Source: Selaginella moellendorffii | Lineage: Eukaryota; Plantae; Lycopodiophyta | NCBI RefSeq assembly: GCF_000143415.4 | Contig: NW_003314269.1 | Location: 2,177,544-2,241,543 of the forward strand | DNA: 64,000 nucleotides | Reading direction: 5' to 3' | In this document: one piece after another, positions 32,985 to 46,950 of the stretch | Numbering within the stretch: position 1 is the stretch's first letter | Layout of the letters: every line of letters starts with the position of its first letter | Notes under the pieces: model-generated | The model's database searches: none | Seen by the model: only the letters and a program-made list of their open reading frames with translations | Told to the model about the DNA's origin: nothing | Translations under genes and position numbers: made by a program

Positions 32985-35900
32985 CTACGCTGTCAACAAG
33001 TAACGAAAGTTGAAGTCATATGGCATCACCTGGAGGGGCGGCGATGGCGAGCAGCGCCCGATGCATCTCTGGAGCTCGCGCTGGAGGTCGCCCGGGAGCT
33101 GGTCGCAGATCCACTCCACCAGGGACTCCCTGTCCTTCGCAAACACCCGCAGGTTCCAGTCGAGCAGCTTTGGGATGAGGACTTTGCCTTTGCTCTGGCT
33201 CACTCCCACCGCCGCCTGGAGGTACTCCTTCTTTGCGGCCTCCAGCTCGTTCTCCACGTCGCCAGCTGTGTACACGCGAACCTGGAAGAACGTTCCGTGA
33301 TTTCTTTCCTTTTTTCTAAGACAGAAAAACAAAGACAAACTTACAGCTGGTGAAGACTTGCTACCGCAGCAAAGTGCGAAGCAGACAAGTGGCTCGGGCC
33401 ACTCAAGTCCCAAGTTGTTCTGGATGTGTGCCTTATCTTTACTTGTTAGCTTTACAAAAGCCTGGCAAAGCAGAAAGATCCATCCATCAGCCGTGACTTG
33501 ATTGGTATAGAGGAGAGAATAGCTTACTTGTTTTGAGTGGGAGGGAAGGCGGAGGATAAAGTGCTCGATTGCAAGAGCGTTGAGTGTGTATCCTCCGACA
33601 TTTAGCGTTGCCTGGAGATGAATGAAAATGGGATTAGCAGATCAGACACACTTCTATAGCATACCTTCCGCATAAGCCCAACAACTTGATGAGGACCACA
33701 AGGGATCCCGTATTCGAGAAAAGCCTACACAAGCATGACGGAAGTGTGAGCGAGTGGAGTCGGGTGTAAAGCGAGAATTAAAAACAAGACAAACACGAAG
33801 CCGGACAAAAACTTACATGCATCATGCATGCGTTGTATACGTTAATCCAAAATGCCAGCTTCTGCTGTCGAGTCATATGTTGTAGATCGACCCCCGCCAG
33901 CTTGCCTATCAAAACTCTGCATCGATTGCAAGAAAGAAAAGAATTAAGTATCTGGAAAAGATACAATCACAATCTCACCTCAGTCTCCGGAACAAGGATG
34001 CCGAGTTTGGTATCCTGCTGTAGTCAAAGGAATCGGCACCAATGTTCTGGAAGTGCCTGTAGGGACCGACGTCCCGAGACTGACATCCTTGGCAGCAGAC
34101 TCCATATGGATCACGGTCGAGCTCGAGTGAGAAATCCGAGGCGTTCTTGGCCGTCGTGTAGCTGCTCGAGGAGGAGCTCTTTGTCTGCGAGCTAAAGCTC
34201 GAGAATGTGGACCTGGAAATAACGGACGAGGCGTCCGAATCGGAGAGCGAGTACAGTCTCGTCATCATTCCGTAGATTCCCATCAGGCACTTCACCAGCT
34301 CTTCAGAGACCCTGTTTGGTCCGCTCAGCTTCGACTTCTCGGCAGAAGCAGTAGGAGTGGGAGGTTTTGCGGAGACTGTTGGAGCCTTAAAACTTGTATG
34401 AAGCTCGGTCTGTAAATAAAACCATACTCGTGTCACTCAACCAAAGAAAAGCAAAAGTCTGAATAAACTTACAAATTACGTACCTTCGGTGTGGTGCTTG
34501 CTGGTAATAGTTCCTTGTCCGTCTCTTCTCTGGGAAATGTAACAGTCTCAACGTCCTGATTGGCTTTCTTGAGCTGTTGCTGCTGCAGATTCTCCTTCTC
34601 ACGTTCTTCCTCTTGAATGACGGATAGCTTAACGTTCGGGCCGATCCCAAAGTACTTCTCCCTGACACCTTTCACGAATCCATTCGAGTTGAGCAGCTGA
34701 GACTTGTGTAAATTCCTGTTCGTGGCTTGATCCGGATTGGATACCTCGTTGGCTATAGATGCCTTTTGAACTTGCAAGCCTTTCTTCTTCACGCTTTCAG
34801 TAGCCACTTCCTGCTGTTGCTTTTGTTGCTGGTGTTGTTGGTCATCCTTTCTTACCGACGGCAGTAGCTGTGCGATCAAAACGTCCTTCTTCCCTGCTGC
34901 TGCTCGCTTATCTCCGGCCGAAAACAGCTTGGCTTTCCTCAAGCTGGCCGCTGCATCGGCTTTCTGTTGTGAAGAGAACATTGACGTGTAGACGGCTTCA
35001 TCGGTTAAATCCTGTTGTAAGCACAGTACACGGTCCTCCAGCCGCACCACCTCTTCTTCTAGGACTGCTACTTCGGCCAGGAGCTTCCGGGTCTGCAGCA
35101 AATAAATGAACATATTAATGCCTTTGCTCAAATTTAACTCTAGAAGCATACCTTAGCCGGAAGATACTGTGGAACTCTGGGTATCGCCCCGATTGGTCGA
35201 TTGAAAGCTCGCTGCAGTGCCTTGTGGACATTTTCCTCTTGGATCAGCTTCCTTCGCAACCCCGCGACCTGACAAACACACGACAAAAGATATCAACCAT
35301 ATGAATCCAGAACGTAGACATACATCTTGCTCCAGCTCAATTCGCCGCTCCCTAAGCCCATTCCTTCGCCCGACAACGACCTTCGAACAAAAAAAGTTAT
35401 CAGATCTCGACTGATCACGGGAATGCAACAAGAAAAAAAGAAAAAGAGAGAAAAAAAGTACTATCAAAACGCGCAAGGAGCAAGAAAAGAAGCTTACATC
35501 GTTTTTGCTCCCGACTCTGGTGTGCCTACTTCTACCTTGCAGCATTGACACTCTCTCCGGTGCATAAGCTGCTCTGAAAGATCACGATGGAAACAATTGA
35601 GAAGCTTTAAATTTGCGGCAAGAAGAAGAACTCACCTTTCTTGGCGAAAATCCGTGAATCCCAATTTTATATCAGAAGAACCCAGGCCCTGGACAGCACT
35701 CCACGCCGCTGCTGCGCGAACCCCCATTCGCGAATTCGTATTCTTCGCTTGCGACAAGGCTTCTCCTTAGCATCTTCTAACTCAATGAAAATCAGCACCG
35801 TGTTCTTCCATCCATTCCTTTCTGGCCAGACGCTACGAGGATTGCCGCATCAGCTGCCCCTGCCGCTTGCGCGAATGCCCCAAATTTGCGATCTCTTCGT

Positions 35901-36292
35901 ACCGTAGAAGGAACTCTGTGGCTGGAATAATCAAAGGATTTGTCCAGTTCTTAGCTCCAGCAAGGAAGAAAAGGAAAGAAAGAATCAAGCGATCACTTCG
36001 ACCAAATTCTCGAGAAAAACAGGATATACGCAACCAGGACGAGGAGCTACGCTATAATCACTGGTACTGCCTCCAATCTTTTTCACATTCGTTCACGCCT
36101 TTGGGAGAAAGAGGGACAGAGTACACGGCACAGCGATGAATGAATCGGAAACCGATAGAGGAATGAAAGCAAGAAATCAAGAAAAGAGAGGAATGGAGAT
36201 GATAGAAACCTCTCACGCTTACATTTACGATCACCGCCGGCGGGCGGCATAGCCTCCTCCACTCGCCGTGCTCGCGCTTCCATCACCTGCAT
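32985..36292 (-). CDS. DUF547 domain protein with MIP1-type leucine zipper
   Basis: [79 protein letters not shown]. Start at 36292 or 36283. Confidence 0.9.
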
Positions 36293-39200
36293 TGGCCGAC
36301 GACGCAGCTCAGCATCTCCGCGGATCGATCGATAGCCGGGAATTTCCCCCGCAATTCAGATCTATCGGCGGAACGGCGCCGGATTGGCGCTCGAAATATC
36401 GGTCAAGATCAAGATCGCGAGCTCGAGCTAGCCTAGAGCGCAAGAGAAATATGCCCGTTTGCTTTCCTCCCCGTGCTAGAGCAAGCCAGGGCACGCTTTG
36501 CTTTCCTTGCTTTGCTTTGGTTTTCTTTTTTTCTTTTTTACCTTTCACCTCTCCCGCGTGGCAACCCCGCCGCCGCTGACCGGCGGGTAATCTTGCCGAC
36601 CGGATCTTCAGACCGGTGGTCGGCGCCACCACTTAGATGACCGTTGAGAACAGTTCGGAGGTTCGATTCCCAGTACCCGTAACGAACTTAATTAGTTTGT
36701 GATCCGACCGGGGATCGAATCCCATCACTCTCAAAGAGCATATTAAAATTTCTTGTAGCCATGCAAAACAAACGCATTGAATCTTACATGAAAATTTTAC
36801 ATCCTCTCCTGAAAAACAAGGCATATGCAACCACATGGTTGTGAGAAGTTTACTCTTAGTTTTTGCATTTCTTGGCCTTGAATCAAGGCTAATGTTTTGG
36901 GTATGGTAGCTTCCAAACATCCCCCTGCTTGCAAGGTGGCCCAGGGAAAACAAAGTAATTTGCCTGAAAAGACATGCATAGCTAGAGCTAGGCTTTCTCT
37001 CAAACTATATAATCCTCTACAAAAAGTACACAAAGGGACAAGATCCCAAAACCAAATCAATTCAAATGTGCTGGTGTGGTGGTGTTGTTAAAAAGAGCCC
37101 AGACTTGAGATCATCCATTGTTGTGTTTGAGAATAAAAAACAGTTGACCTTGTTTGTGAGTGTTGAGTTTTGTTTTCCTTGGACAGCCAATTTGGGCCTG
37201 TCTCTGGAAATCTTTTGCTCCTCCCTCCTCATGGTGCAATTGCTTGCTTGGTGCCCCACAACATAGCTAGCTCAATCCTGTCCAAGGAATAAAGAGGGAT
37301 GGAGGTGGCCTGGTCATAGTCCACAGCCAAGAAAAATGGTCAGACAAAATTTTCACAGCATGCAACAGTGATCTAACTAATTTGTAGAGACAGCAGGCAG
37401 AGATATTGGATTAAAAAATTATGGGCAAAGCTGCCAATTCTCCATTCACCTCGAAAAGCTGCAATTTTTCATCTTCCTCATAATTTTTTCATATTTTTTC
37501 TCTGTTTTCCTGGGTGGCAGTAACATCTGGGCTGAGCGATCAGTTTCGCAGTTGCTAGCTGCTTCTGCTGGCTGGTGTAAGGTTGTAGAATGGGACCTGG
37601 TTCATGAAGTCCTGGTGTGTGCTTAATTCTCCTCTGAAGTTTCCCAAATCACCCAGGAACAAATACCTGGCAAATTTTCTCTTTGGCTCTGCTTTGGGAG
37701 TAAATGATTGCTGGGAGCAGCTGGTCCTGCCTGGCTGACTGCCCAAGAAGCAATACAAAGAAAACACCAAGAGCAGAGAATGGTCCTGATGATTCGTTTC
37801 CAGCACACGCGTGCACCATCCAAGTTTTTCACCCGCATGTTTTTCGTTTTTACTTTTTACACTGCAGCTGCTGGAGATCAAAAATACTTTGCGATAAAGC
37901 AGACAAAACATGATTCGCTCCCTCGACCCACAAGGCAAAATCATTGTGAATTGTTCTAAAGCCGATGGTGAAGATCATGAAAATAAGAATTCGATGGAGT
38001 GTGAAGGAGGGGCGATCGATCACCCAGTCAGTGTTGAGAAAAGTTTAGAAAGCCAGCGAGCACATGTTCACCATTACTCTGAGGGTGGTACAAAATGCAA
38101 AAGGCCACCCTTTTAAGCCACAGCTTGTTTGTCCGTCGTGTGTGTTTCTAGCGTCCAAAGCTTTGAAACATGGGAATATGGACGGCTATATCTCCACAGT
38201 CCCTTCCAAAAGAGATCTTGAGAGAGGTACTGGAAACCAGCTCGCTTTCTCGTAGCGAATCTCTCGACTCCGGTGGCTTTTTATCTGTAAACCTCACGAT
38301 CAGTGTCCGAGAACAATCTTATAAGAAAAGCTAAAGCGGAGCGACGAGCACAGGTCCTCGGGAGGAGATCTAGCCGGGCACAGATCACCAATCTGATATC
38401 GTACTGCAAGCGCAACAAAGAGAGTGAAAGAGAGAAAGAAAAAATCGAATTAAAACCAGCAGCAGCAGGAGCCAGAGCAAACTACCTGGCATTGTCTTCA
38501 CAAATTAACAAATGCGGAGCTCCATCGCAATCAGCCCCCTGAATTGAGCCGAGCAATTGGTAGGCCTCGTTGACAGCGACTCGAGACAGCGGTGATCCTG
38601 ATGTACGTCCAGAATGACACAAAACCCTGTTGGCGATACTGATCTTCCTCGCTGTCCATTTACTGTAGAGGCCAGAATAGTTAGCTAGAGAGCGAGGAGC
38701 GAAAAGCTCTTGCAAACCTTACAACGGGGAGCGTTCGCCAGTTTACGCTTCTGCGAAGGATCAACGTTTTCGTTTTGCTATTTTTGTTTTTGTTTTTCTC
38801 TTTTTCTTCCTGGGAGCAGCCCGATTGTGTGAACTGCTCGTCTTCCCTGTCTCTTGTGCTAGGAAAGTGATCAGTTCTGGAGCATTTAACTGATGAGTAC
38901 CTTGCTTGCTTTACCAGTGAAGCTGAAAGAACTTGCAGGAGCACCATGCTCTTGTTTGTCTGAAGTAACACGAGATTCTCACGAGAGTTTTTCTTTTTCT
39001 TTCCTTGCCTGCCTGCACGAATTCTCAGCACGCCTTAGAAAAAAAAAAACAGGAAATGAAAGAAACTGAGCTTTCCCGACCAGAGTAATCCATGCTGGTT
39101 ATGCAGCCCCTGAGAGCTTTAAAACAAACATCAGAAGGCACACGAAAGTCATACCAAAGCAGATCTGAGTGCCGAAAACAATATGCCAACAGGGCAGAAG

Positions 39201-39422
39201 GATAGTTAAATTCATTTACCGGTAAGTACTAGAAGAAGTGGTCCATATGATAGCGAATAAACGCCTTCGCCTGAGAAAAACTTACAAACCGACACAGAAG
39301 CGAAGTTGTAGAGTACAAGTGTTATTGTCCGGCAGCACTTTTCCTGGAGAACCACAGTTTTGAAACTCAGTATCTAGAAGCCACCGAGAAGTAACCTGTG
39401 TGTGTGTGCGAAGTTATATAAG

Positions 39423-40754
39423 TCACAGGCCAGCGGAAACCAAGTCATGAAGCTTAACGATCCCGATTACAATGCCAGTTTCGTCCACCACGGGAAGAAA
39501 TGTGACGGGGGATGGAGGCCCTTCCATTATCTGCATGGCATCGACAGCCATCGCATTTGCCGTTGTTTTTCGCGGAGATCTGGAGAAAGAAAAAGAAAAC
39601 AGCTATGACAATGACGAGAGAAGCTTGGAGGTTTCCTGCATACCTGTTGCACATCTCCCCGACGGTCAGCTTGAAAACCTCCTCCCTCTTGGACTTGAGT
39701 GCTCGACGGAGATCACCATCGGTAAAGGTACCAAGAAGCTGCCTGTTGTCGTCGACGACGAGAAGACAACCGCAGCCCTTTGCAGAGAGTTCCAAGAGCT
39801 GCTCCATTATCAGATCGTTTTCCTTGCATAGTGGAAGTTCGTCTCCTTTCTTCATGACATCTCGAACCTTAGAGATGGATGATAGAAAAAAATCGTCAAT
39901 CTACGATGGTAAAGATATAAACAAGAAAATCACGCAGAAAAACGAAGAGAAAAAACAACAAAACAAAGAGAAAAGAGACAAAAGAAAACAGAAACAATTA
40001 AAAATCCGGTAACCAAGTAGCTACGCTACGAACAAACCAGACCAAGTCTTGGAGGACAAAAAAAACAGCTTTGAAAGCCGAGATACGAAAACAAACTTAC
40101 AAACCAAGCAACAAGAGAAAAGAGAAAGAAAAGGAAGAAATCACGTACTCGAAAGATGAGTCTCTTGCCAATGCGACCAGCCGGATGATTGAGAGCATAC
40201 TCCTCCCTAGTCAGATTCTTCGCTTGCATGAGCGCAATCGCCACCGTATCGCCAAAGAGCATCTGGATGGCGGTGGAAGTCACCGGCGCGAGATCAAACG
40301 GGCAGAGCTCCCTCTCGAGCGGCAAATGGACGTGCATGTCACACACCCGGCTAAGCTGCGAGTTTAGCAGCGAAGAGATCCCCACCACGAACGCTCCTCT
40401 GGCTCTCAAGCACGGCACTAGTCTCAAGAGCTCCTCGGTAGCGCCACTCTTGCTCAGCAACACCACCAAGTCCTTGGATCCCACCATGCCAATGTCGCCG
40501 TGCAAGGCATCCGTGGGGTTGAGGAACACCGACTTGGTGCCCGTGGAGACGAGCGTCTGGGAGATTTTCTGGGCGATGTAGCCGCTCTTGCCCACGCCGG
40601 AGAAGAATATGACGCCCTCGGCGGCCAGGCACAGGTCCGTGAAGGCCTGGATCTGGGCGTAGTCGAGATTGGCGAAGAAGAAATCCAGGTACTTGTGCTG
40701 CTCCTCGAACAGCTGCTTGATCTGCGCGGTCCCGGAGACGGCCAGCGCCCCCAT
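39423..40754 (-). CDS. SETH3: Arabinose-5-phosphate isomerase (KdsD/SETH3; SIS plus two CBS domains)
   Basis: [63 protein letters not shown]. Three exons. Confidence 0.93.
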
Positions 40755-40950
40755 TTCGATCGCGAGCGCCGGGGATTCAAGCGCGCGCGGATCTATACCT
40801 GGATGGAGAAATGGCGCCTCCCAAATCAAAATTCCTCGCGCCTTGCCGAGCTCACTCTCACAGTGGAATGCGTCTGCCCTAAAAACCTCGCCGACGTGGC
40901 AGGATCTTAAAGATACTGGCGGCATATTCGACTTTTTTAAAAAACATGAT

Positions 40951-43197
40951 ATGCTGCTCAAGCTTAGTGGACGCGCGAGAAGCCAAGAGGCCCAGCGGCC
41001 CTGTGTAGAGAAGGAAGTGGTCGATCGCTACGCACGGGTGATAAAATTGTGTGGAGTCTCCAAGAATCTCTCGCAAGCCACACAGCTCCACCGGGAAATC
41101 CTTCTCCAGGGACTAGATGGCAGCAGATATCTTTGCAATCTCCTTGTTGACATGTATGGGCGGTGTGGGAATCTCGAAGAAGCTTGTTTTGTTGTCTCCA
41201 ACATGCCGGATCCGAATGTTTTTACTTGGAACATTGTCCTTGCAGCAGTTGCCCGGAATGGGTTTGTTTTGGAAGCGGTTTTGATATTTGAAACCCTGCC
41301 GGAAAAGAACATTGTCACCTGGAACATCATGGTACAGGCATTTGCGAGAAGCAGAAATCTGCAAGAAGCTAGAACTTATTTTGAGAAGATGGAGGAGAGA
41401 GACCAAGTTTCTTGGAACTTCATGATCTTTGCATATGCCCAGAAAGGAGATATTTGCGAATCGAGAAAGTTGTTTGATCTAAACCCGTGCAAGGATGTTG
41501 TCTCGTGGAACACCATGATCACAGCATATGCAAAGAACGGGGATATTTTAGAAGCTCGAAAAGTTTTTGATGAGATGCCAGTAAAAGACACAGTCTCGTG
41601 GACGGCAATGTTTACTGCTTACGCGGAGAAAGGTGATTTGGATCAAGCAAGGCTGTTGTTCGACTCCATGCCAAATCGAAACACCATGGCTTGGAACTCG
41701 ATCATTGGAGCCTACGTTCATCACAAAAAGCTGGAGCAAGCACAAGATCTTTTTGACAAAATGCCAAAGCCGGATGTAACTTCATGGAACACTATGATCA
41801 CAGCTTATGCCCAAAGTGGTGGCCTCGTCAAGGCAAGAAAGATTTTTGACGAAATGCCTCGGAGAGATTCCGTTTCTTGGAATGCAATGCTAGCCGGGTA
41901 TGTCCAGCACGGGCTCGTCAAAGAGGCAAGTCTCTTCTTTGAGAAAAATCCCATTCGTGACGAAGCATCATGGAACACTATGCTTGGAGCGTATGCCCAA
42001 CAAGAAGATATAAAGGCGGTGGAAAGGTTCTTCAATAAAATGCCCAAGAAAGATGTGATCTCATGGACGACAATGGTGGGAGCATACGCTCAAAGTGGCG
42101 ATTTAGATCAAGCCAAAGAAACGTTTGATTCAATGCCACAAAGAAATAACATGTCCTGGAACACGCTCATTGCCGGTTATGCTGAGCGTGGCGACTTGGA
42201 AATGGCTGGAAGTGTGTTTTCCGCAATGCCTTCCAAAGACACAGTATCTTGGACGGTGATGGTCGTGGCCTACGCTCAAAGTGACCGGCTTGTGGAAGCT
42301 AGAGCCATGTTTGATAAAATGCCCCACCAGGACGTGGTTGCATGGACGAGCATGGTGACGGCCTACGCCCAAAGCGGGGATCTAGTTGAAGCCCGGCACT
42401 TATTTGATAGGATGCTCGAGAGAGACGTGGTGTCTTGGAACGCGATGATCGAAGCTTATGCTCGGCGTGATCAACAAAAGGAATCAATGAGGCTCTTCGC
42501 AACAATGGACTTGGAAGGGTTTCGAGCAAACCAGCAAACTTTCCTCGCAATCCTTGAAGCTTGCACGACTCTCTCCGTGCTGGAAGAGGGCACCTTGATC
42601 CACGGAGAGATGATCCAAGCCAGGCTCGAGGCTGGAACTCTGGCTGGAAACTCGATCATCAACATGTATGGCAAGTGTGGAAATTTGGATGCAGTGCTCG
42701 AAATGTTTGAGAAGATGGCTGGAGATCGAGACCTTGTTACTTGGAACACCATGCTTTCGGCATTTGCCCAGGCTGGGTGGAACAAGGAAGCCCTTGATTT
42801 CTTTGGAAAGATGGACATAGAGGGCATCCATCCGGACGAAGTCACTTTTATGAGCATTCTCTCTTCGTGTAGTGCGGTGGGATTACTGAAAACTGGAATC
42901 AATCACTTCGTTTCTATATGTGGTGACTACCACCTTTTCCCTATCTTGGACCACTATGTGTGCATGGTTGACCTCCTTGGACGGAGTGGACGTCTTGAGG
43001 AGGCGGAGGACTTGGTCAACTATATGCCATACGAGGCAGATAGTACGGCGTGGTCAACTCTACTCGGTGCATGTAAAATGCATCGGGACACGGTCAGAGC
43101 AGCCCGAGTGTTTGAGATGGGCAGTCATTTAATCAAAGAAGAGCAGTCAGCTCCATATGTATTGATGTCTAACACAATTTTGTCGATGTCAAATTAG
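40951..43197 (+). CDS. PLS-class PPR protein with a long run of 31-aa S-type repeats and E-type end (no DYW)
   Basis: About 14 tandem FDxMPxxDxVSWNxMIxAYAQxG repeats, then [21 protein letters not shown] and PYVLMSN followed by stop. First in-frame ATG is 40951; the real start is uncertain. Confidence 0.93.
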   Translation: MLLKLSGRARSQEAQRPCVEKEVVDRYARVIKLCGVSKNLSQATQLHREILLQGLDGSRYLCNLLVDMYGRCGNLEEACFVVSNMPDPNVFTWNIVLAAVARNGFVLEAVLIFETLPEKNIVTWNIMVQAFARSRNLQEARTYFEKMEERDQVSWNFMIFAYAQKGDICESRKLFDLNPCKDVVSWNTMITAYAKNGDILEARKVFDEMPVKDTVSWTAMFTAYAEKGDLDQARLLFDSMPNRNTMAWNSIIGAYVHHKKLEQAQDLFDKMPKPDVTSWNTMITAYAQSGGLVKARKIFDEMPRRDSVSWNAMLAGYVQHGLVKEASLFFEKNPIRDEASWNTMLGAYAQQEDIKAVERFFNKMPKKDVISWTTMVGAYAQSGDLDQAKETFDSMPQRNNMSWNTLIAGYAERGDLEMAGSVFSAMPSKDTVSWTVMVVAYAQSDRLVEARAMFDKMPHQDVVAWTSMVTAYAQSGDLVEARHLFDRMLERDVVSWNAMIEAYARRDQQKESMRLFATMDLEGFRANQQTFLAILEACTTLSVLEEGTLIHGEMIQARLEAGTLAGNSIINMYGKCGNLDAVLEMFEKMAGDRDLVTWNTMLSAFAQAGWNKEALDFFGKMDIEGIHPDEVTFMSILSSCSAVGLLKTGINHFVSICGDYHLFPILDHYVCMVDLLGRSGRLEEAEDLVNYMPYEADSTAWSTLLGACKMHRDTVRAARVFEMGSHLIKEEQSAPYVLMSNTILSMSN

Positions 43198-43599
43198 ACA
43201 TTCAGCTGAAAATGATGCTTTCTCTTTTACTTTTAAAAGTAAATACACAAATAAAATTCATATACAACAAAAAAAGATTTTAATCATAATTAAAATATCT
43301 ATATCTGTTCTATCCTGTTTTCTTCTTATTTTCTCTTGTTGCTACTCTTACCTTTGCTTTTATGTAAATCCTTTCATGATATATAATCTCAATATTTTTA
43401 AAATTTTCAGTAAAATGGGAGAACTATGTAGTACCATAAAATCTAGTTTTTGTATAGCATTATAGAATTTATTATCATTTTACTTAATTATTATTTTGGT
43501 ATTTTCTTCTCCATTAATTATCTTCTCTTTCATGTAGATATTTTAATTATGATTAAAATAGTTTTTTTTATATAGTGGTATATTAATTTCACTTGTGTA

Positions 43600-46500
43600 T
43601 TTACTTTGAAATTTCTTAAGATATCAATGGGTTCTTTTTTTTAGCTCCAATCAGATTTTATTACTGTGTGGAAGTCATATCAAGTGTTAGAGCAATATAA
43701 TATAACACTTCACTCATAACTCCAATAAATTATTGAACACCAACTACTTCTTGGTTTCAAATTAAATTTTAGTATGCTAGCAAAATTTAATAACATATGA
43801 TCTAAGTTTTGTGGCTTCCTCAACCAAGTTAGACTTCAAAGCACCATGTAACCTAATTAATTTTCTACTTTAACTTATGAGATTAATTTTACTATGATAC
43901 CTCTTTCTTGGTTTTCTATATTCTTTAGAACCTTGATCTCTTTGTTTAACACTTCACTAGCATGTTCAGCAATACTGATCAAAAGCACATCACCATTAAT
44001 AAGTTGTAACAATTGCACTATGCTTAACATCAAAGTTCCAAATGGTAACCATTAATATTTCATAATACAATGTAGTTCATAAGGGATATTTCCACCTTGG
44101 CATTTGTGAGGATATCAAAGATCTCATGCTTTATTATCTAAATCTAATATCTTTCATGATTACCAATGTTTTTGTTATTTATTTTGATAATAAGAAGAAT
44201 ATCAATTGAGACATCATCATTAAACCTTTGTTCCTCATCTAATGACCCTAGTCTTGGAGCAACCAACACATGAGTAATATGTTATTACAATCAAGATTGA
44301 AGTCATATATTAATAGTATCTTTCTAATGCTAAAAGACAATGTCTAATCATGAACTACCTTTGGATATATTATAGCCATAAAGATCACTTATAGGAGTAA
44401 TGTCCTTATCCTTGCACTTGCTATTAGGCTCATGGAGAATGAAAATATTCATTTCAATTAAAGAGAATAATTTGATAAAAAATCTATAAGGGTTTAGAGG
44501 GAAAGAGCCCATAAAAAAAATGTACCCCCTTTTCCAATTAGTTAAAAAATTTAGAATATTTAAAGTTATCATTTTTACATTTGACTAATACCCAAGATGA
44601 ATGACCTCACAAGAAGTTCAAATTCAAAAGTTTACATTTGATATTACAGAGGTATCAGATTTGAATTTATTGATTGATTAAAAGAATCACACCATATGTT
44701 AAAATTAACATTTAGTATATTTAATTTGGTCCAATTGGGTTTGACATGAGGTAAGGTGTCAAAAGATTAAAGCTTTTGGGAGAGGTGTAACTCTTAGCTT
44801 TTGTTCACGAGGGTATGAATTTTTAAGAAAGCGTAATAAGTTGTAAGCAGAAAAAAAAAATTAAAAATTTGAGAAATGATTCATAAGAATCCAAATCATC
44901 TACAATATTTTAAATTAAGTATCCTAAAACCTTTAACCAATTAATAAAGGGAGTGCACTTTTTCTTATAACCACTTTCCCTTTATATTTGTCATTTTGAG
45001 TTCATTCCTTCTTTATGAATCTTTAAACATTTCTAAATTATTACTCAATTTGAATTCATTAAGTTTAATTTCTCTTTTCAAGTTTTAAGTGATAGTGGTG
45101 TTGATAAAAATTTCATTGACAAAAATTTTTCTCTTTATTGTGGCATTCTTTTTTACATTGTTCAACTTGTGTTGAAGTGATGGATGGTCAATAAATTTCT
45201 TTTGGGCTCATCAAACATAAATTAAGTTGGTATCTTTATCTCAAAGACCTTTATCATTTTTTAATCTTTTTTGATTTGATCTTGTGAATTTAATAGTGTA
45301 ATAGATGTGGTTTAATGATTGAAAAAGTTTCCCTTCATTTAAGTATTATTCTCATGATTTTTTAATTAAAATTTAGCATATTTCTTCATATAAATTTTGA
45401 AATGTTAGTTATCAAAATTTTGATTTTGTCTTTGTAATTGTTATTCATTTAACATCAACTTCATTTATTAGGAACAAATCCACTCTTACCTTAAAAGTAT
45501 GCTAAATTTGAGGATATTTTTTATAAAGGAGATTTAACATCTTGCCATTGTATCAACCTTTTAATTATTCTATTGATCTTGTAGAGGGGTAAATTATCAC
45601 TATAAGTGTGTTATAACTCCTAAATAATAGGGAGTTTAAGTGTCTACAAGATATTAGAATTAATTTTAATCAAGTATGCTAAAAACTTTTTTTGTATGTA
45701 CAATATGCATTAACAAACCAAATGCCTTAACATGTTTTACATAAACTCCTTTAACCTCTTTTTCTTACTCTACTGCTTTGAAAAATCTAGCTTTATGAAT
45801 TATATTAATTAATCTTCCACTTCCTCAAGGATTTGATAATGTTTTTATTGTGGTCTACCAATTTTCCCGAATGAAAAATGTTTTACCATATCAAAAGATT
45901 ATTGATGAATAACAATTGGCTAATCTTATTTGCAAGATTATTCATCTCTATAGACTATTGAACAATATTATTAATGATCAAGAGCCTTAGTTTATTTCCA
46001 TCTTTCATTTATATCAAAAGCAAATTATCAACTTCTCACCATCCTCAAACAGATAACTAATTGAATTATACTATTCAAAATTTTAAGTAGTAATATGGAT
46101 TTTTTATTTTCTAATAATAAGATAATTATGTTTTTCTCCTTTTTTTTATTGAGTTAATTATAATAATTTCTAGCACTCTTTAGCACATAATATCTAATTT
46201 TTTGTTAACTATGGTTTTTATCCTTGTGAGTAATATTCATTTCCTTTATAAATGATTCTATTATTGCTTTGTTACCACTTGGGATTCTTTTCATAAGGAA
46301 GTTCATCATTATTTTTCTTGTGTTCAAACTGCTTATTTCTGTGCAATTGATAATTTTCTCTAACTTAGTCATTCTTTCCAAAATGGATCAATAGTTAAGC
46401 TTATTAAAAGATTATATTTCTGTGTTCTAAATTTGATTATTAATGTCTAGGTCCTTTTTTTTGTGCTCTTTTGCATCTCTAAAATCATTTTTCGATTCAA

Positions 46501-46950
46501 TCTTTCACCATTCATGGGCTTTCATTTTGCACTTTATTAAAATATTATCATTTCTGATCCCATTTATATTTCAACTTAGTATTGATATCATAAACTTATT
46601 ATTTGGCCTTAGTCACTCTTTTAGAGATTGTATTTAAGAATTTATTTTCCAATTTGCTTATACTTTTGAGCTAATTATAAATTTTATCAGGCATTTAAAC
46701 CTTATTTCACACAAATTTAGTTACTATTTAGTGTTCAGCATCAAAGGGGATGATGTTATATATTTACTATATCTTTTTATTTACTAACGATTATATTCAT
46801 TAATTTTTATAATAGTAAGAATTGAGCCTTAAACCTTTAATGATATGTTATTCATATGGAAGGGATCTAAGATTAATATAGACTCATACCTAGGATGTGT
46901 TGAAGGTTTTGAAGACTTTATACTTAGAATGTTTAACATAAATCCATTTT
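43600..46950. mobile_element. Highly decayed AT-rich retrotransposon debris, including a + strand integrase fragment (~45780-46070)
   Basis: Degenerate NLPLPQGFDNVFIVVYQFSRM..IIHLYRL..SHHPQTD integrase-like text; LTR-like repeat copies at ~44460-44636 and 44842-44990; no ORFs. Boundaries approximate. Confidence 0.6.

Noticed and set aside
36655-36730. tRNA T-loop-like motifs (GGTTCGATTCCC, GGGATCGAATCCC)
   Set aside because: No acceptor stem, D-arm or anticodon arm could be folded.
37500-39100. Possible spliced transcript or miRNA locus (partial matches to miR160, miR166 and miR171 seeds; exon-like pieces on the minus strand)
   Set aside because: Matches are only 9-11 nt with no complementary star arm, and no coherent protein could be assembled.
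40669-40961. Apparent antisense overlap between the 842-aa PPR ORF and the SETH3 ORF
   Set aside because: Both ORF-track starts are extensions beyond the likely ATGs (40754 for SETH3; 40951 or nearby for the PPR), so no coding overlap is needed.
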